Positions 28,001-28,120 of a stretch of DNA of 28,120 nt are shown here, in pieces. The stretch is from Planctomycetota bacterium (lineage in GTDB: Bacteria > Planctomycetota > Planctomycetia > JALXBF01): assembly GCA_026991575.1 (NCBI GenBank), contig JALXBF010000065.1, forward strand, positions 124,001 through 152,120, in the 5' to 3' direction. Position 1 is the first letter of the stretch. Each line of letters starts with the position of its first letter. Both the position numbers and the translations under genes were made by a program. The notes beneath the pieces are model-generated. The model was not told where the DNA came from. It did not search any database and was given only the letters and a program-made list of their open reading frames with translations.

Positions 28001-28120
28001 GACGTCTCACCGCGAGGAGGTCGAGCGCATCCTGAGCTGGGCATGCCGCGAACTCGGCTTCGAGCCCACTGATTCGGTGCCCGTGCTGCTCCGCGCGCTG
28101 CGGCTTCTCTCCGGCCGACT
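25008..28120 (+). CDS. mad8: MAD8-like (DptH/DndH-like) large protein, N-terminal 1,037 aa; the ATPase domain is expected beyond the window
   Basis: Absent from the ORF track because it has no stop. ATG at 25008 after a purine-rich RBS, open to the edge: MIRSEVLRERL...GHCIRVDNL...AVELRN...LWRVGLVPD...LPTHPL...INVLNPGAG...SDWVITVDR...YLLDYAP...LRLLSGR. No Walker A seen in the visible part. Confidence 0.68.
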   Translation, partial: MIRSEVLRERLAEELARTLRTAQLGHCIRVDNLDYEDAKDVCSKVRQRLTDPAAQCWVLVTDRARADAVGILPERAVELRNDGSKKLCLLVPTGTVHATLGSLNNAFASFDVVRFLRCQRRALLKQIRDAELRAVCTAVEKETRRYRYASEDDVVSYLADMAASGSLQQAGRELWRVGLVPDLQPDGLAARIATNRKALTRLLRAGRAGLTLAERIADCGLSGTKLGERLEDFLEGQPLHAPQQWLRKIADERQDLSFEKWPLHEGGEVEWLEVEPFVGADGKVTKCGLAQPDGQHGALVASLKQAAIQVRWRVSPSMPAGLARWSLELEVLQDDPDDDLEGGYDIELPKAYAFAKARKKTFKIKDLPQSLRGKQARIVVTALNPQGVELKRRDGEPARAYSQEFWLEETATPPPARERTSVRVNLPLARIEAMLDANVAYPQEEALTWNGTVPTKLSWRYPRVGKYELLVPPVLAAAELTALQRPEECLAFRLVADADGEPAEADMLEPIVAETLSSSPEASSFRSARREAFRVFCGSDTGQPRPVAGTLLEGEPASAIRRYAREYRKLLAATADPAVRAELLRLDTVEITLCRDGRRRQVLALLPTHPLKLLWLAAYHELLGQWAKRLAEIKKAYRRSSLVDRRLLRQLKPIYVPFAQRGASGELYLFAAPLDFHYALYAPLSEPDPLGLCETVAATLGADTGQLIEDELPGQLAHQIEHYLATRRGCTALRINVLNPGAGSLLRAMLQEFVRARVKQQQQWHAPLPRIELLLHTQGRSRKLVAAMQELQETLYKEYDSPGGCTHLAPFFSFAVRPLAWVRNLPGGAVHLCYAFHRARPALVEAERLDGEDSTSLYGMVLKLLPTLQSAEDRVVWQHKLVFPAEPGCANHPAQSQLTGELLACHRAHLACLMGKPVPEQNEDFAVGVRVELGPEELAELHKVHSDSDWVITVDRMWSVELFDSPRDVHTAPFFERYLLDYAPDHESGLVGTRLIVTTSHREEVERILSWACRELGFEPTDSVPVLLRALRLLSGR

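Noticed and set aside
17489..28010. Minus-strand ORFs over the oxidoreductase and defence genes (17489-18625, 19568-20449, 22526-23245, 27255-28010 and others)
   Set aside because: They overlap well-supported plus-strand genes and have no recognisable domains.

Overview
GC-rich bacterial DNA, most likely from a Planctomycetota genome (inferred from the LEERVLLA N-terminal motif and the Tat-type Gfo/Idh/MocA gene). There are three blocks. (1) Bases 1-14819 (- strand) are one giant ORF of more than 4,939 aa that runs off the left edge and is missing from the ORF track. It encodes a planctomycete-type extracellular protein with two Asp-box (sialidase-like) propellers, an Ig-like domain, three PPC-like domains, a parallel beta-helix, FG-GAP/VCBS repeats and a MAM-like sandwich. 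The repeats appear nested inside one another like Russian dolls. (2) Bases 15335-19183 hold a GlpF-type aquaglyceroporin, an uncharacterised bicupin and a divergent Tat-exported Gfo/Idh/MocA oxidoreductase. (3) Bases 19433-28120 (+ strand) are a three-gene defence-type operon: NERD nuclease-pseudokinase-kinase-P-loop/Zn protein, a 556-aa partner, and a >1,037-aa protein cut by the right edge. It resembles the mad6-mad7-mad8 (DndFGH/DptFGH-like) effector module of MADS. It has its own predicted promoter and inverted-repeat operator, and the usual upstream mad1-mad5 methylation genes are absent. All family calls come from manual translation and motif recognition; no searches were run.
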